Assembly (NCBI GenBank): GCA_047285535.1
Contig: JBJBDC010000001.1
Location: 320,136 to 384,135, forward strand
Direction of reading: 5' to 3'
DNA: 64,000 nucleotides
Source: Synechococcus sp.
GTDB taxonomy: Bacteria > Cyanobacteriota > Cyanobacteriia > PCC-6307 > Cyanobiaceae
How positions within the stretch are numbered: the first letter of the stretch is position 1; each line of letters opens with the position of its first letter. Both the position numbers and the translations under genes were made by a program. Shown here one piece after another: positions 1 to 10,657 of the stretch. Under the pieces are notes generated by a model that ran no database searches, was not told where the DNA came from, and saw only the letters and a list, made by a program, of their open reading frames with translations.

Positions 1-179
1 ATTTGGAGTCGGTAATTTCAGACATGCTCAGATCAACTGAACAGGACGATGAGTCCTGAGCTGAGGTATTGGTCATTCTTGAAAGGCAATTGCCTGATTG
101 ATCCTTTAAATCAGGCTTGCAACGTCCAATCGGCCTTAGCCGTGCTGTATTGCTTGCCTTTCGATCAAAGGTTGAGAAA

Positions 180-533
180 TTATTTTAACACTCTTCCGAA
201 ATCATCCTCTAAGCGCTCGATATCGCTTTCTTCGAGAATCGCTCCATGTTGGACTTCAATGATCAAAAGGTCTCCCTCCCCACCCAGGGCGCGATGAATA
301 GCACCTTTTGGAATATGAAGGGTGTCACCCGCAGTGACGTTGGACCATTCGCCCTGGCAGAACAGTGCCCCGCGTCCTTGCGCCACCGTCCAGTTTTCAC
401 TGCGATGCTGATGGCGTTGAAGGCTTAGGCGTTGCCCATTCCGTACTAGTAGTCGCTTCAGCTTGTACCCCGGACCACTGCCTAAATCCTCATACCAGCC
501 CCAAGGGCGCATCACTCTCTCGATTTCGCTCAC
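180..533 (-). CDS. Mannose-6-phosphate isomerase type II C-terminal-like cupin protein
   Basis: RPWGWYE...LSLQRHQHRSENWTV...IPKGAIHR...IIEVQHG..LEESDIERLEDDFGR matches the ManC/PMI cupin signature. Confidence 0.85.
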   Translation of the reverse strand: MSEIERVMRPWGWYEDLGSGPGYKLKRLLVRNGQRLSLQRHQHRSENWTVAQGRGALFCQGEWSNVTAGDTLHIPKGAIHRALGGEGDLLIIEVQHGAILEESDIERLEDDFGRVLK

Positions 534-2213
534 CTACGCGTCACCATCGTTGCTTTGATCTTCAGGATGCCGAGATCCAGCTGAGCGGCCTAGAGCCAAC
601 GCTGTTGGGTCTGCAAATAAAAGCAGTTGCTGTTTCGCGCGGGTCATTGCTGTGTACAACAGCGAGCTGCTTTGGCGATCGTCGAGAGCAGGCCAGAGCA
701 GCAGCACTTTGTCCATCTCGCAGCCCTGAGCCTTGTGAATTGTGAGTGCGAGAGCTGGCTCTAGGTGCCGAAGACGGGCGGGATGGTAAAGCGCATATCG
801 GTTCTCGCCAGAGGGAGCGCTGCCGAGAAACAAGGCCCGTTGTTGAACCCCTTCACCGACCATCACTCCAAGATCGCCGTTGGCGAGTCCGAGTTCCGGC
901 TGATTTTCACTGCAAAGCACTGGCAGACCCGAGGGCCAGCCCGGGGGTTCAGAGCCATCAAGCAAGTGTTGGTGGACGGCATCAACGCCCCATGGCCCCC
1001 GTCGACGCGGGCAGAGCACCATCAAGGTGTCAAGGATGTTGAGGAGGTCTTGGGCTTGTTGTTGATCGGGTTGCCCATGCGCATTGATCTCTAGAGCGCT
1101 TGCATTGTCCTTGAGATGGTCGAGATGCCGCGTGAGTGCAGCATGCACAGCATCAGGGATCTGCCTTGCTTTGGGATAATTAACGGTAATGTTTGACGTC
1201 TTGGGCAGCGAGCGGAGTTGTGACCAGAACGGTTTCAAGCCTTGATCACGGAGCAGCGCACTCATCTGAGCAAGGGCACCTCGATTGCGATACACCGTTG
1301 TAAGGGTGATAGCCCCACCCTTGAAACGTCTTTTTTGATGAGGTTCTTGGAGATGTTGCCAAATGGCTCCTGCACCAATCGGTGGTAGCTGAGCGCTATC
1401 TCCCACCAAGACCAGTTGGCAATGGGTTGGCAGTGCACTCAACAGGGCATGGCCTAGCTCCAAATCCACCATCGACATTTCATCGACGATGAGTAGGTCC
1501 AACTGCAGCGGATTGCGTCGATGACGGGCAAAGCCTCCAGGGCGTGCCTCAAGCAAACGATGCAGAGTGGTGCAGGGCAAGGCTGCGGTGATTGGGTTGC
1601 TGCGAACGGCGTCTTGGAGGCGACGTGCGGCCTTGCCTGTGGGAGCGGCAAGCCAGGCTCGAAGCTTGGGTTGATTCTCAAAGGCGCGGAGCAGCATGTG
1701 CAGCACCGTGCTGGTTTTACCGGTTCCTGGCCCTCCGCTGAGCAGAACCACGCCGTAGCGATCGATGGCACGGACAGCAGTTTGCTGTTCGGGACTGAGA
1801 TCGTTGTTCTTGGACAGGCGGCTGGTAGTAGCGCCGCGGTTTGTGGCATGGAGGGGAGCCTGGACATAGCGGCGCTGAAGTTCGTGTTCGAGCTCTTGCA
1901 TGGCTAAGCTCCACCGACGCCAGGACAGGGTGTTGTGGTTCAGGACTAAAACCGCTTGGTCACCGTCCAGCCATCCACTAGCGATTAGGGCTTCACGGTG
2001 AATCCTGGGCCAACCATCCGTTTCGATCCCATCGGGAACCTCGCTGCTGTCGTGGAGTGGAATTGAGACGTCGCCTCTGCTCAGCGCGGTAGTGAGTGCT
2101 CGCATGAGCTCGACGAGTGGCTCACTGCTTTGCTTCGGCGGCATGCGCCGTTGAAGTGTGGCCAACACCCCATTGTGAAGGGCAAAGAGAGCATCCGATG
2201 CTGCAGATTGCAT
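534..2213 (-). CDS. recD: Exodeoxyribonuclease V alpha subunit (RecD helicase)
   Basis: Walker A GGPGTGKT, TLHRLL, IVDEMSMVD, LVGDSAQLPPIGAG, ALTIHKAQG, LLYTAMTRAK; follows recB. Confidence 0.92.
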   Translation of the reverse strand: MQSAASDALFALHNGVLATLQRRMPPKQSSEPLVELMRALTTALSRGDVSIPLHDSSEVPDGIETDGWPRIHREALIASGWLDGDQAVLVLNHNTLSWRRWSLAMQELEHELQRRYVQAPLHATNRGATTSRLSKNNDLSPEQQTAVRAIDRYGVVLLSGGPGTGKTSTVLHMLLRAFENQPKLRAWLAAPTGKAARRLQDAVRSNPITAALPCTTLHRLLEARPGGFARHRRNPLQLDLLIVDEMSMVDLELGHALLSALPTHCQLVLVGDSAQLPPIGAGAIWQHLQEPHQKRRFKGGAITLTTVYRNRGALAQMSALLRDQGLKPFWSQLRSLPKTSNITVNYPKARQIPDAVHAALTRHLDHLKDNASALEINAHGQPDQQQAQDLLNILDTLMVLCPRRRGPWGVDAVHQHLLDGSEPPGWPSGLPVLCSENQPELGLANGDLGVMVGEGVQQRALFLGSAPSGENRYALYHPARLRHLEPALALTIHKAQGCEMDKVLLLWPALDDRQSSSLLYTAMTRAKQQLLLFADPTALALGRSAGSRHPEDQSNDGDA

Positions 2214-5200
2214 TACGACAGCCCCTCAAGCCATTGGTCCAGCCGGTGGATTCGATTTAAAGGTGCCGGCTCGATCACGACGCCTGATCCTCCTTCTGGG
2301 CTTATGCCCCTCAAAAACACATAGGCGTAGCCGCCGAGATGGCGTTCGGGGTCGTATCCAGCGAGCCTCCAGCGCAGATAGCGATCCAGGGCCAAAAGGT
2401 AGAGATGGGCCTGGAGCGGATAGTGATGGGAGAGCATCTGCTCCTCCATTGCAGCTTGGCTGTAGTGCTGTGGTCCGCAGGCGATGCCACGGCCAGAGTC
2501 GTCCCGTTCACCAATCCAATTGCTTTTCCAATCCGCCACCCACCACCGCGCTGTGGCGGGATTCTCCCCATCGGTGAACACCAGATCGATGGATCCGGTG
2601 AGAAACCCCCGACTGCGAATGTCGAGCTGGCGCAAACTTTGCGCGTAGTGCTGACCAAAACGATGGTCGCAGTCTGCTTCAAAGGCATTGGCTAAACCTG
2701 CGGAGTGCACTGGTTTGCCTTGCTGGGCAACGGGTAGGTCAAAGCTGAGCTCGTGAAGACGCCTTCCAGCGCTCAAATCGGACAGTTTCAAGTCTTTGAG
2801 AGGGCCGCCTAGGGGTGCCGTCAGCAAAGTGTGGAGCGCTGTGATCACGGCATCGCAGTACTCGAGGTCGATGCCGGCTCGGCCAAGCTCTTCAGCCACA
2901 ACAACCTGATTAGCAGCTTGGTCGGCAGGACCTTGAAAGCTCACCTGTTCAAGGATTCTGTGCAGGCAATCGCCCGCACCCGGACCTTTTGGAAACTCCG
3001 CAAGAGGGCCATTCTGATCCGCTGAATCCGCTGGGCTCTCGGAGGCTTCCGTATCGGTTACAGCATCGATATCGCGCCCTTCTTCGAGGTTGCGTGGATC
3101 AGCTGGGGCTGGCTTGTGATGTCCGTTCTGAGCTGAGATCCAAGCGGAGTAGCTGCTCCGACCCCAGCTGCGGTCGAGAGTGCGTTGAGGAACGTCCGAC
3201 AACTGCAAGGTCTCAAGCCTCGGAGCTGGACGCCACAACGGCAGGGTTGTGGTGTCTGCTGGTAAGTGGCGGCTCGTGAGGGGTTCGTCGAGCTTGGAGA
3301 GCTCCTTGACCCAGTTCGCTAGAGGATTGGACTCCTGTCCCGCAGCGGCGACCCAAAAGACCACGAGATGGCGCTCCGCGCGGGTTAAGGCCACATAGGC
3401 CAGTCGCTCTGCTTCGGCAGCACTGTCGTCTCGGTTGCGTGCTGCGGTCTTGTACCCATCGCCCCAATGGGGGTTGAGCGCAACTTGCCAGGTCCCCTCT
3501 GGATCGTTGGGCGGGTTACGCCAAAGAGGGCCTTTCCCATCAGCGGGTGCTTGCCACAAATAAGGGCAGATCACCACGGGGTACTGCAGGCCTTTGCTTC
3601 GGTGAACAGTGACAACGGCCACCGCGCTTTCCGCTAAATCGCTGTGGGGCTGCCTGATGTCAGGGGTGGGGTCGATCGGTTGAAAGCGCTGTCGTCTCAG
3701 CCAATCTGCGGCGCTGCCCAGGTCGAGGCCTTGCCGATGCATGGCGTCTTGCACCAGTCGCGCACATTGCTGGATGTCGCCTAACAATCGCCCGCGGCTG
3801 GAGAGATCAGCGAGCATTCGACCCTCGAGGAGTTGGGACAAGCAGCCGAGCAAACCCAGGAAAGGCAGCTCCTCCTGCAGCTTGCGGAGTTGCCCAGCGA
3901 GTCGGTCGAGATCACCGTTGGTGTCCGCGTCCTGCAATTGATGGCTTGTCCATTGCATCAGGGCAGAACAGGCGAGTCGCCGCAACCGTCCGCCATCGGC
4001 TGGTGAGGTGAGGGCATCGAGAAGATGTTGAAGCTCAGCCGCGCCGGTGGTGCTGAGAACATCTCCAGGACTCACAAGTCGGCTGGGTAGGCCTCTGTGA
4101 GCGAGCTGTTCTCGTACAGCTTCGGCTTGGCGATGACGGCTGACAAGAACGCACAAATCCGTTGGGGTCAGTGATGGATCGCTGTCCAGCAGGTGGAGGG
4201 CTTGGCACGCGACCAGGGACGGAATGGTCGATTCGAGTGCTGTGCGTGTGGGGAGGTTGGTGGACTCATCGGCTTGTACATCGATGAGTTGGAAAGGCTG
4301 CTTGCCATCAGGGAGGTTCAAGGGAAGGGCGGTGGCACAGGGTGTGACCCGCGGCACCTCGAGGTTCGATCGCTTGAGGCCTGGTTGCATCCATTGGTTC
4401 ATCGCCTCCATCAGAGACGGCGTTGTACGCCTGTTGTCGAGCAGATTGTCGATTCGATCAGCTCGTTGCCGGGCTTGCTTGTAGGTGTTGAGATCTCCTC
4501 CTCGAAAGCGGTAGATCGCTTGCTTGGGATCCCCCACCATCAGCAACAGATGGTTTGGCGTCGCAAAGCAGGCCTGGAGCAGGCGCCACTGCAGTGGATC
4601 GGTGTCTTGAAATTCGTCGATGAGAGCGACGCGATAGCGCCGTTGAATTGGGACCAGCCAGTGTTGAGGTTCGGTATCGGCCGCTTGGGGATCCATGGCA
4701 TCGAGCAGGCCGGAAAAGCTGATGACGCCCTTTTGAGCACGGCGGGCGGCCAGGGTCTTGAGTCCGTGGGTGAGCGCATGTCGCCAAACCTTCTCAGCTG
4801 GTCCATCCCAAAGAGCTGCAATGGCTTTTTGCAGGATTGGTTGTGGAAGGTTTGGATTGGGTTCGCTGCAGCGGCGAGCTGTTTTGCTGAAACATCCGGG
4901 ATGGAAGTAGTCGCCAAGGAGACTCTGGCTTCGCACGTCTCCGTAACTGATGCGTGATCTATGTGTGCTATTTTGGCGGGAAACCCAGCTGCTGAGTTCG
5001 TTGGCGCGATCTTTTTTCGGTTTCGGTGAGTAGGGCTTGGTGTCGGTTTGGCCTTGGCTTCGCCAATCCGTTGAGCAGTCGCGAAGGGCCGTTTCCAGCG
5101 TGCGTCCGCTTGCGTTCCATTCCGCTTCGAACACTGTCCAGCTCGATTGGAGCCACTGGGCAAAGCAATCGATCAAGGGACGCTCTAGGTCGTCTGATCC

Positions 5201-5851
5201 TTCAGTGCCGGCGATCCGAACAGCGCAATCGCTGTCCAAGCGACTGAGGGCATGGCTCAACTGATCAGCTGAGAGGCCGGCATCCAACAGCCCTGAGACA
5301 TGGTCGGGAGGCAGGGCCAACACTTGTTGTTCCCAGTAGTCGTAGGCCACCTCCTGGCACAGATGCTGGCTGTCATTTTCAAGACAGACCTCCATTGCCG
5401 TGCCGTTCTGGAGAGCTTGTCGGCGAAGGTTGCGCCGGCAGAAGCCATGGATGGTGGTGATGTCGGCACGTTCCAGCCCTTCCAGTGCTTCCAACAGGTT
5501 GCTGGCGATTGTTCGACGGGTGTTGGGATCTTGCCCGTGGAGGGTTATCCACTCCTCCATCACCGCATCTGTGGGTGGGGAGTCGGTTTGGGAGTCGGAG
5601 TTGTTGGTTTGGTGTTTCAGCAGCGCTTGGAGTGCATCGTTGAGACGACGACCAATGCGTTCACGCAATTCCGCAGCGGCGGCTTCTGTGAAGGTGACCA
5701 CTAACAGCTCTTTGAGGTTCAGCTTCCGCTCTGTGACTAGCCGTAAGACCAGGTGGGCTAAAGCAAAGGTTTTTCCCGTTCCAGCACTGGCCTCGAGGAG
5801 ACGAACTCCGGCATCAAGGGGGTAGTGATTGGGTTCGAAACGGCTACTCAT
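2213..5851 (-). CDS. recB: Exodeoxyribonuclease V beta subunit (RecB helicase/nuclease)
   Basis: EASAGTGKT, VTFTEAAAAEL, IDEFQDTD, VGDPKQAIYRFRG, TVHRSKGL, YVALTRA, C-terminal nuclease GSIDLVF...DWKSN. Confidence 0.95.
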   Translation of the reverse strand: MSSRFEPNHYPLDAGVRLLEASAGTGKTFALAHLVLRLVTERKLNLKELLVVTFTEAAAAELRERIGRRLNDALQALLKHQTNNSDSQTDSPPTDAVMEEWITLHGQDPNTRRTIASNLLEALEGLERADITTIHGFCRRNLRRQALQNGTAMEVCLENDSQHLCQEVAYDYWEQQVLALPPDHVSGLLDAGLSADQLSHALSRLDSDCAVRIAGTEGSDDLERPLIDCFAQWLQSSWTVFEAEWNASGRTLETALRDCSTDWRSQGQTDTKPYSPKPKKDRANELSSWVSRQNSTHRSRISYGDVRSQSLLGDYFHPGCFSKTARRCSEPNPNLPQPILQKAIAALWDGPAEKVWRHALTHGLKTLAARRAQKGVISFSGLLDAMDPQAADTEPQHWLVPIQRRYRVALIDEFQDTDPLQWRLLQACFATPNHLLLMVGDPKQAIYRFRGGDLNTYKQARQRADRIDNLLDNRRTTPSLMEAMNQWMQPGLKRSNLEVPRVTPCATALPLNLPDGKQPFQLIDVQADESTNLPTRTALESTIPSLVACQALHLLDSDPSLTPTDLCVLVSRHRQAEAVREQLAHRGLPSRLVSPGDVLSTTGAAELQHLLDALTSPADGGRLRRLACSALMQWTSHQLQDADTNGDLDRLAGQLRKLQEELPFLGLLGCLSQLLEGRMLADLSSRGRLLGDIQQCARLVQDAMHRQGLDLGSAADWLRRQRFQPIDPTPDIRQPHSDLAESAVAVVTVHRSKGLQYPVVICPYLWQAPADGKGPLWRNPPNDPEGTWQVALNPHWGDGYKTAARNRDDSAAEAERLAYVALTRAERHLVVFWVAAAGQESNPLANWVKELSKLDEPLTSRHLPADTTTLPLWRPAPRLETLQLSDVPQRTLDRSWGRSSYSAWISAQNGHHKPAPADPRNLEEGRDIDAVTDTEASESPADSADQNGPLAEFPKGPGAGDCLHRILEQVSFQGPADQAANQVVVAEELGRAGIDLEYCDAVITALHTLLTAPLGGPLKDLKLSDLSAGRRLHELSFDLPVAQQGKPVHSAGLANAFEADCDHRFGQHYAQSLRQLDIRSRGFLTGSIDLVFTDGENPATARWWVADWKSNWIGERDDSGRGIACGPQHYSQAAMEEQMLSHHYPLQAHLYLLALDRYLRWRLAGYDPERHLGGYAYVFLRGISPEGGSGVVIEPAPLNRIHRLDQWLEGLS

Positions 5852-8800
5852 GGCCGTTGCGCCTCCAGCATCGGCGCATACAACGCTTGAAATGCCTCCT
5901 CAAAGCAGGCCGCTGTTAAAAAATTGTCCGCTTCGAAGTGATCGCCAAAACAAAGCTGCATCTCTGCCCGCGCCCGCTCCCCCATGCCTGCGAATCCACC
6001 ATCCCAACGGCTTTCAAACGCTCGATTTGCTTTGTCAAGACCTTTGTGCAACATGAGGGCTCTCGCCAACCCACTGGCAGGCGGCACCGGCCAGCACGAT
6101 TCAGCTCCTGCTGTCGCGAGAGTGTGGAGAGACAAGAGAAGCTCCTTTGCTGTGTCTGCATCCAATGGTTGCCAGTGAAGGGCCAGTTGAAAGTGATCAG
6201 CTTTGGAGCTGCTCTCACATCGACTGATCACAGCCGTTGGGGTGGACACTCCCGCCGCTTGCTGGAGGAGGTGGGTGAACCATCCGCCAAGTGCAGTGCG
6301 CGACTGAAGCCGTCCTGCGCTGACCAACACCGTGGTTGTCCCAGCCCTGAGCACGGAGCGTGACTCGGTCTCTGAGCGGATCCAATCACAGTGCAGAGGC
6401 CCAAGTCGCAACAGGGTTTGTTGCAGGTTTTGCCAGCGCTGCTCGAGGCGATTGGCAGCCAGTTGACCTGCTGCGCCAGGCGGAAGCATTCCTTGGCCGC
6501 GAAGCTGTGTGCTCCATTCGCCAGGAAGGGCGTGGTCCCAGATCAAGCTCGAATCGGTTGCCAGCCGGTCGAGCTGATCGAGAAAAGACTGATGGAGAAG
6601 AGATTGACGTTCCCGCTCCTCCAGGTCCAGCGCTGAAAGGTCTTCCACGGGGGTGGACCACTCCCGTGTTTCCAATCCCCGTGCTTTGAGCCAATAGCGC
6701 TGGGGTGCCTCAAGCCAACGGCTTACGGCGTCTGAATCCAAACAGTCAGAGGTTGCAACTGGACTCCAACTCAGGGGATGGGCGAGGCCCAGGGAGTTGT
6801 TGCTCAAGGGATCGGGATCGCGGCTATCGAGATTGAGCCTGGCTTCGAGGTGGTGACGATCAGAACTGAAGGCTGAACCGGCACGATTGACGAGAAAATT
6901 ACGAGCATCCAAGGGATTGGCTGGTTGCTCCAACACCACGCGCTCGAACTGTTCGGGCGAGAGTTGCTCGTTGAGCAAGGTGAGCCATTGTTGGACCGGA
7001 GGCGAAGGGGGAAGCTCTTCGCCCTTGCTCTCATCGCGGGCATTCCAGCTGATGACAAGATGTTGTCGCGCGGACATCAACGCCTCCAGCAGCACGTAAC
7101 GGTCTTGATCTGTGCTTGATGGATCGCCGAGTCGGCGCTGCTGTTCCAGGAGGTGAAAGCCAGGGCGTTCCTGCTGACGTGGAAAGCTTTGCGAATCAAG
7201 CCCCATCAGCACGATCAGCCGATGGGGAATCGCTCGCATCGGCTCTAGGGCGCTGATCGTGAGGGCACCACTGCGGTGGCCAAAACGACCGCTATCGGCG
7301 GAGAGGGCCTCATCAAGAATGGAGACCACAACGGAAAGATCGAGATCAAGAGTGCACTCAGATGCCTGTTGCTGCATCGTGTCGAGTGCTTCGACGATCG
7401 CTTGTTGCTCCCAGGCCCAGTCCCCTCCATCGCCATAGAGATGCTGGAGAAGCAGATTTAACTGTGTGGTCCAGGCGCTGGGACTGTGGGCTTGGCGTAG
7501 CCGAATGATCCATTGCGCTAGTCCATCCAGAAGCGGCCACCATTGTTCAAGCTGCTGAATGGTGAGACCTCCCTGAAAGGGGGCACAGCCTCCAGGAGCG
7601 AGACCTGGCTCGGCAGGCAGCACGAGACCAAGCAGCCAGCGATCAAGACACCAGCGGAGGCTATGGGTGTCATCGCCTCCACGCTCCTTGCCATCCACCC
7701 CCCAACGGAAGCCCGTTTGCTGGAGGCACTGGGTGATTCGCACGGCTTCCGCGGCCGTGATCCCTTGAAGGACTTGCAGGGCTGGGTTGGCGAGAAGTGC
7801 CTCCAGCCCGGATGCCGTGAAGCGCTCACTGGCCAGCTTCAAAAGAGCCATAAACCCTTGGCTCAGTCCAGGAGAGCTTTGTTGGCTTCGGTCGGTGAGT
7901 CGCCAGGGAATGCTGACTCCAGTGGCATCGTGGTCACCGAAGACGGAGCTGAGGAGCGGGGCGTAACGCTCCACATCAGGAGTCATCACCAAGACATCTC
8001 GTGGCTCCAGGCTTGGATCAGAGGCCAGCCATTGCAGAATCTGATCCCGAACCAGTTGCACCTCTCGCCAGGGTCCTGCGCAGGCCAAAAAGCGCAATGA
8101 GTTGTCTTGATCAACAGGGGTGAGGGATGGTGCGCTTCCATCCACCAGCTGTTGTTGCACTTGCTCCAGGAGCGTCGCTGGCCGCTGTTCGGATGCAGCG
8201 ATCTGAATGGGTGCTGCAAAGAGATCTCCCTGATCCCACTGACCGAGAAAGCAATCGCCGTTGCCTTCTAAAAGCAACTGAAATTCAGCCCCCATGCGTC
8301 CCAAAATCGCTTCCAGTCTTGGCGATTCCAAGAGCCAGGGCCCATCGGGTGGTGTGTTCCAGGCTTGTCCGAGCGTTTGTCTTCTCTGTTCGGAGCGTTG
8401 CCATAGATCTGGACAAGGTGTGAGCAGGTACAGCTCGATCGTCATCAGGCCTGAGAGTCCCTGCAGCAGCTCCACCTGAACCGGGGCGAGATTGCTGATT
8501 CCAAAAAGGCGCAGTCGAGCCGGTAGAGCAGCCTTTGGGCTATCGCCTTCACGAAGATGTTGTATTGCTTTCTTCACCTGAAGACCAAAGGGATCACAGG
8601 GGAGGATTTCGGCAAGGGCGCGCACGAGCTGTGGTTGCCAGCGCAAATGAGCCGGCAGATCAGCGTCTTCATGGCCCTCAATCCATTGGCTTAGTTCCTG
8701 AGGTCGGTAGAGGGCGTAATCATCGACAGCATCCGCAAGGCAGCGAGCAAGTTGCCAATGATCACGATTGAGGCGATCGGAGCTGCTCGCGTGTTGTTCC

Positions 8801-9144
8801 CACCAGAGCTTCAGGCTTTGAGCCGTGGGATGGTCGAGAAGATCTGGGAGCACCTTCAAGACAGGCCAAACCAGTCGTTCCGCTCGCCAAGGATCTTCAG
8901 TGGTTGGATCCAGATCCAAGATGCATCGCACCAGCTGCCGTAAGCGCGATCCTGGAAAGGGAAAACGAACAAGAGCGTTGACGCCGTTGGCTTGAGCGAG
9001 CTGCTCTCCCAGCCATCGGCTGGTGGGCCAGGTGTTGACGACAATCTCCAGCTCTTCAAATGGACCTGGGGGATCAAGCGTCAGCGTTTGAGCCAGAAGC
9101 GTTGCAAGAAATTCTGTGCGATTGCTTCGATAGACCGTTAGCAA
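5848..9144 (-). CDS. recC: Exodeoxyribonuclease V gamma subunit (RecC)
   Basis: Begins (M)LTVYRSNRTEFLA at TTG 9144; REVQLVRDQIL, PRDVLVMTPD, LEPMRAIPHR, DRYVLLEALMSAR; the ORF-track extension to 9369 overlaps the upstream gene. Confidence 0.92.
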   Translation of the reverse strand: MLTVYRSNRTEFLATLLAQTLTLDPPGPFEELEIVVNTWPTSRWLGEQLAQANGVNALVRFPFPGSRLRQLVRCILDLDPTTEDPWRAERLVWPVLKVLPDLLDHPTAQSLKLWWEQHASSSDRLNRDHWQLARCLADAVDDYALYRPQELSQWIEGHEDADLPAHLRWQPQLVRALAEILPCDPFGLQVKKAIQHLREGDSPKAALPARLRLFGISNLAPVQVELLQGLSGLMTIELYLLTPCPDLWQRSEQRRQTLGQAWNTPPDGPWLLESPRLEAILGRMGAEFQLLLEGNGDCFLGQWDQGDLFAAPIQIAASEQRPATLLEQVQQQLVDGSAPSLTPVDQDNSLRFLACAGPWREVQLVRDQILQWLASDPSLEPRDVLVMTPDVERYAPLLSSVFGDHDATGVSIPWRLTDRSQQSSPGLSQGFMALLKLASERFTASGLEALLANPALQVLQGITAAEAVRITQCLQQTGFRWGVDGKERGGDDTHSLRWCLDRWLLGLVLPAEPGLAPGGCAPFQGGLTIQQLEQWWPLLDGLAQWIIRLRQAHSPSAWTTQLNLLLQHLYGDGGDWAWEQQAIVEALDTMQQQASECTLDLDLSVVVSILDEALSADSGRFGHRSGALTISALEPMRAIPHRLIVLMGLDSQSFPRQQERPGFHLLEQQRRLGDPSSTDQDRYVLLEALMSARQHLVISWNARDESKGEELPPSPPVQQWLTLLNEQLSPEQFERVVLEQPANPLDARNFLVNRAGSAFSSDRHHLEARLNLDSRDPDPLSNNSLGLAHPLSWSPVATSDCLDSDAVSRWLEAPQRYWLKARGLETREWSTPVEDLSALDLEERERQSLLHQSFLDQLDRLATDSSLIWDHALPGEWSTQLRGQGMLPPGAAGQLAANRLEQRWQNLQQTLLRLGPLHCDWIRSETESRSVLRAGTTTVLVSAGRLQSRTALGGWFTHLLQQAAGVSTPTAVISRCESSSKADHFQLALHWQPLDADTAKELLLSLHTLATAGAESCWPVPPASGLARALMLHKGLDKANRAFESRWDGGFAGMGERARAEMQLCFGDHFEADNFLTAACFEEAFQALYAPMLEAQRP

Positions 9145-9797
9145 GGCTCTGCCTGAGTCAATGGGGCTGTCAGCGTGGGCGGAACAGTGGTTCCATCCTG
9201 AAGCCCCTCGACTTGCACAATGGCTTCTGTCTCGGGGCAGTAGGCCGAGAGTTTTCCTCCATACACCGCACCGGTATCCACCATCACTATCTGCCCGTGA
9301 CGCTCCACATCGGGACGGGGCGTATGACCAATCACCACAAGTCCATGACTCCCGTCGTAATTCTCCCAAAAGGGCTCACGGATGGTCAGGTCAGGACAAC
9401 CGTTGCGATCAAATCCAGCGTGGGTTGCGACCCAACCTCGTCCCCAAAAAATTTTTGGTAGGTGTTTGAGGCGTCTCATCCATTGGAGAGAAGATCTTTT
9501 GCCGAGTTGGCGACAACAATCGCTGTTGAGCAATTGGTTGTGACCGTTGTGATCAGGCTTACTTAGGGTGTTGATGAATGCTTGTTCATGATTGCCGCAT
9601 AACCAAGTTGCAGCTCCACTCTTGACCAGACCCCAAACCAACCGCATCGCCGAGGCACTATCAGGACCTTTATTGATGACATCACCGCAGAACACGAGGT
9701 GATCATCTCTGGGTAAAACTCCGAGTAGCTTTTGGAGAGGGCAAAGGCATCCGTGCACATCGCCAATCACCCAGCATTGACCTTTGAGTGATTCCAT
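9138..9797 (-). CDS. Metallophosphoesterase (PPP/ApaH-like Ser/Thr phosphatase family)
   Basis: IGDVHG, GDVINKGPDS, GNHE, THAG, GHTP, DTGAVYGGKLSA motifs; its stop overlaps the recC start. Confidence 0.88.
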   Translation of the reverse strand: MESLKGQCWVIGDVHGCLCPLQKLLGVLPRDDHLVFCGDVINKGPDSASAMRLVWGLVKSGAATWLCGNHEQAFINTLSKPDHNGHNQLLNSDCCRQLGKRSSLQWMRRLKHLPKIFWGRGWVATHAGFDRNGCPDLTIREPFWENYDGSHGLVVIGHTPRPDVERHGQIVMVDTGAVYGGKLSAYCPETEAIVQVEGLQDGTTVPPTLTAPLTQAEPC

Positions 9798-9891
9798 TGC
9801 CTACCGAAGACGGCTTCACCACCTTAATTCCTTTTACTTGGATGAATGTGATGCGTTGAATGCTTACTCTGATAGTCGCTGTGACCTGATT

Positions 9892-10137
9892 TTGGACCCA
9901 CGATCTTTGCCTGTAGCGCGTCGTGTAGAGCTTTTGGTGAATGCTCTTGATGGTGCAAAACGCACCAATGAGGCTCTTGCTGCTTGCTCCAATGGTGAAG
10001 AGATGCTGGATGTGCTCTTGGGGGCCTCTCAGAAATTGAGGCTTGGGCTAACGCGCGAACAGCTCCGAAATACACCACCAATTCGAGATTGGGTTTGGTG
10101 GAAAAACAAGGAAGCAATCGTAACCATAGGAGGTTAG
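9892..10137 (+). CDS. Hypothetical protein, probably conserved in picocyanobacteria
   Basis: Protein-like C-terminal 81 aa (..PPIRDWVWWKNKEA..) divergent from the phosphatase; start uncertain. Confidence 0.65.
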   Translation: MDPRSLPVARRVELLVNALDGAKRTNEALAACSNGEEMLDVLLGASQKLRLGLTREQLRNTPPIRDWVWWKNKEAIVTIGG

Positions 10138-10373
10138 GCTCTGGCACACTACTGGGATAAAAAACAAAAATCACCTGGTCATGATTGGGGTTAATTCAAT
10201 CGCTCTGCTAATAGATTCTGTTAGTATTTAAGAATGTTGTGGATTTTGTTTGATGCCTTCGGCGTGAAGATCTTGAAGTCTATCTATTGAGGTGTATGTA
10301 TTCAAGCTGTGGTTTTTTGATGCGAAGAGAATGAGCGCTAGTGGTTGAGGTTAGGTGATGATTGTAAAATTGG

Positions 10374-10631
10374 ATGGATATTAAGAATGCAAGTTTGGAT
10401 CTGATTGAATCCTTCTCTGTCACGCTGGCCTGTCATCTTTGGTCTTCGCTTTATGGCTGCTCAGGTTTGTCCTGCAAACAGTCAGAATGGCTTAACGATG
10501 CCAAGGCCTTGTTAGTTTCTCGATGGATTGATTTTACTGGCCAGGGCTCATACTGCATCAAGGCATGCAGACTCATCGTTCAGAGCCTTGCATCAGAAAT
10601 TCCTGCAGTGTGTTGTCAGAACATTGTGTGA
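10374..10631 (+). CDS. Hypothetical protein (Cys-rich)
   Basis: 85-aa ATG ORF in otherwise empty space; no recognisable family. Confidence 0.3.
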   Translation: MDIKNASLDLIESFSVTLACHLWSSLYGCSGLSCKQSEWLNDAKALLVSRWIDFTGQGSYCIKACRLIVQSLASEIPAVCCQNIV

Positions 10632-10657
10632 GGATGGGTTCAGTTGGATTTTCATCA

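Noticed and set aside
1..25. Possible minus-strand gene start (MSEITDSK) running off the window
   Set aside because: Only eight codons are visible, too little evidence
4193..4957. 254-aa plus-strand ORF and the many other antisense ORFs inside recB, recC, carB, chlH and the nat genes
   Set aside because: Shadow frames of well-supported genes with no recognisable motifs
9145..9369. 75-aa N-terminal extension of RecC in the ORF track
   Set aside because: It overlaps the phosphoesterase gene in another frame; RecC-like sequence starts at LTVYRSNR
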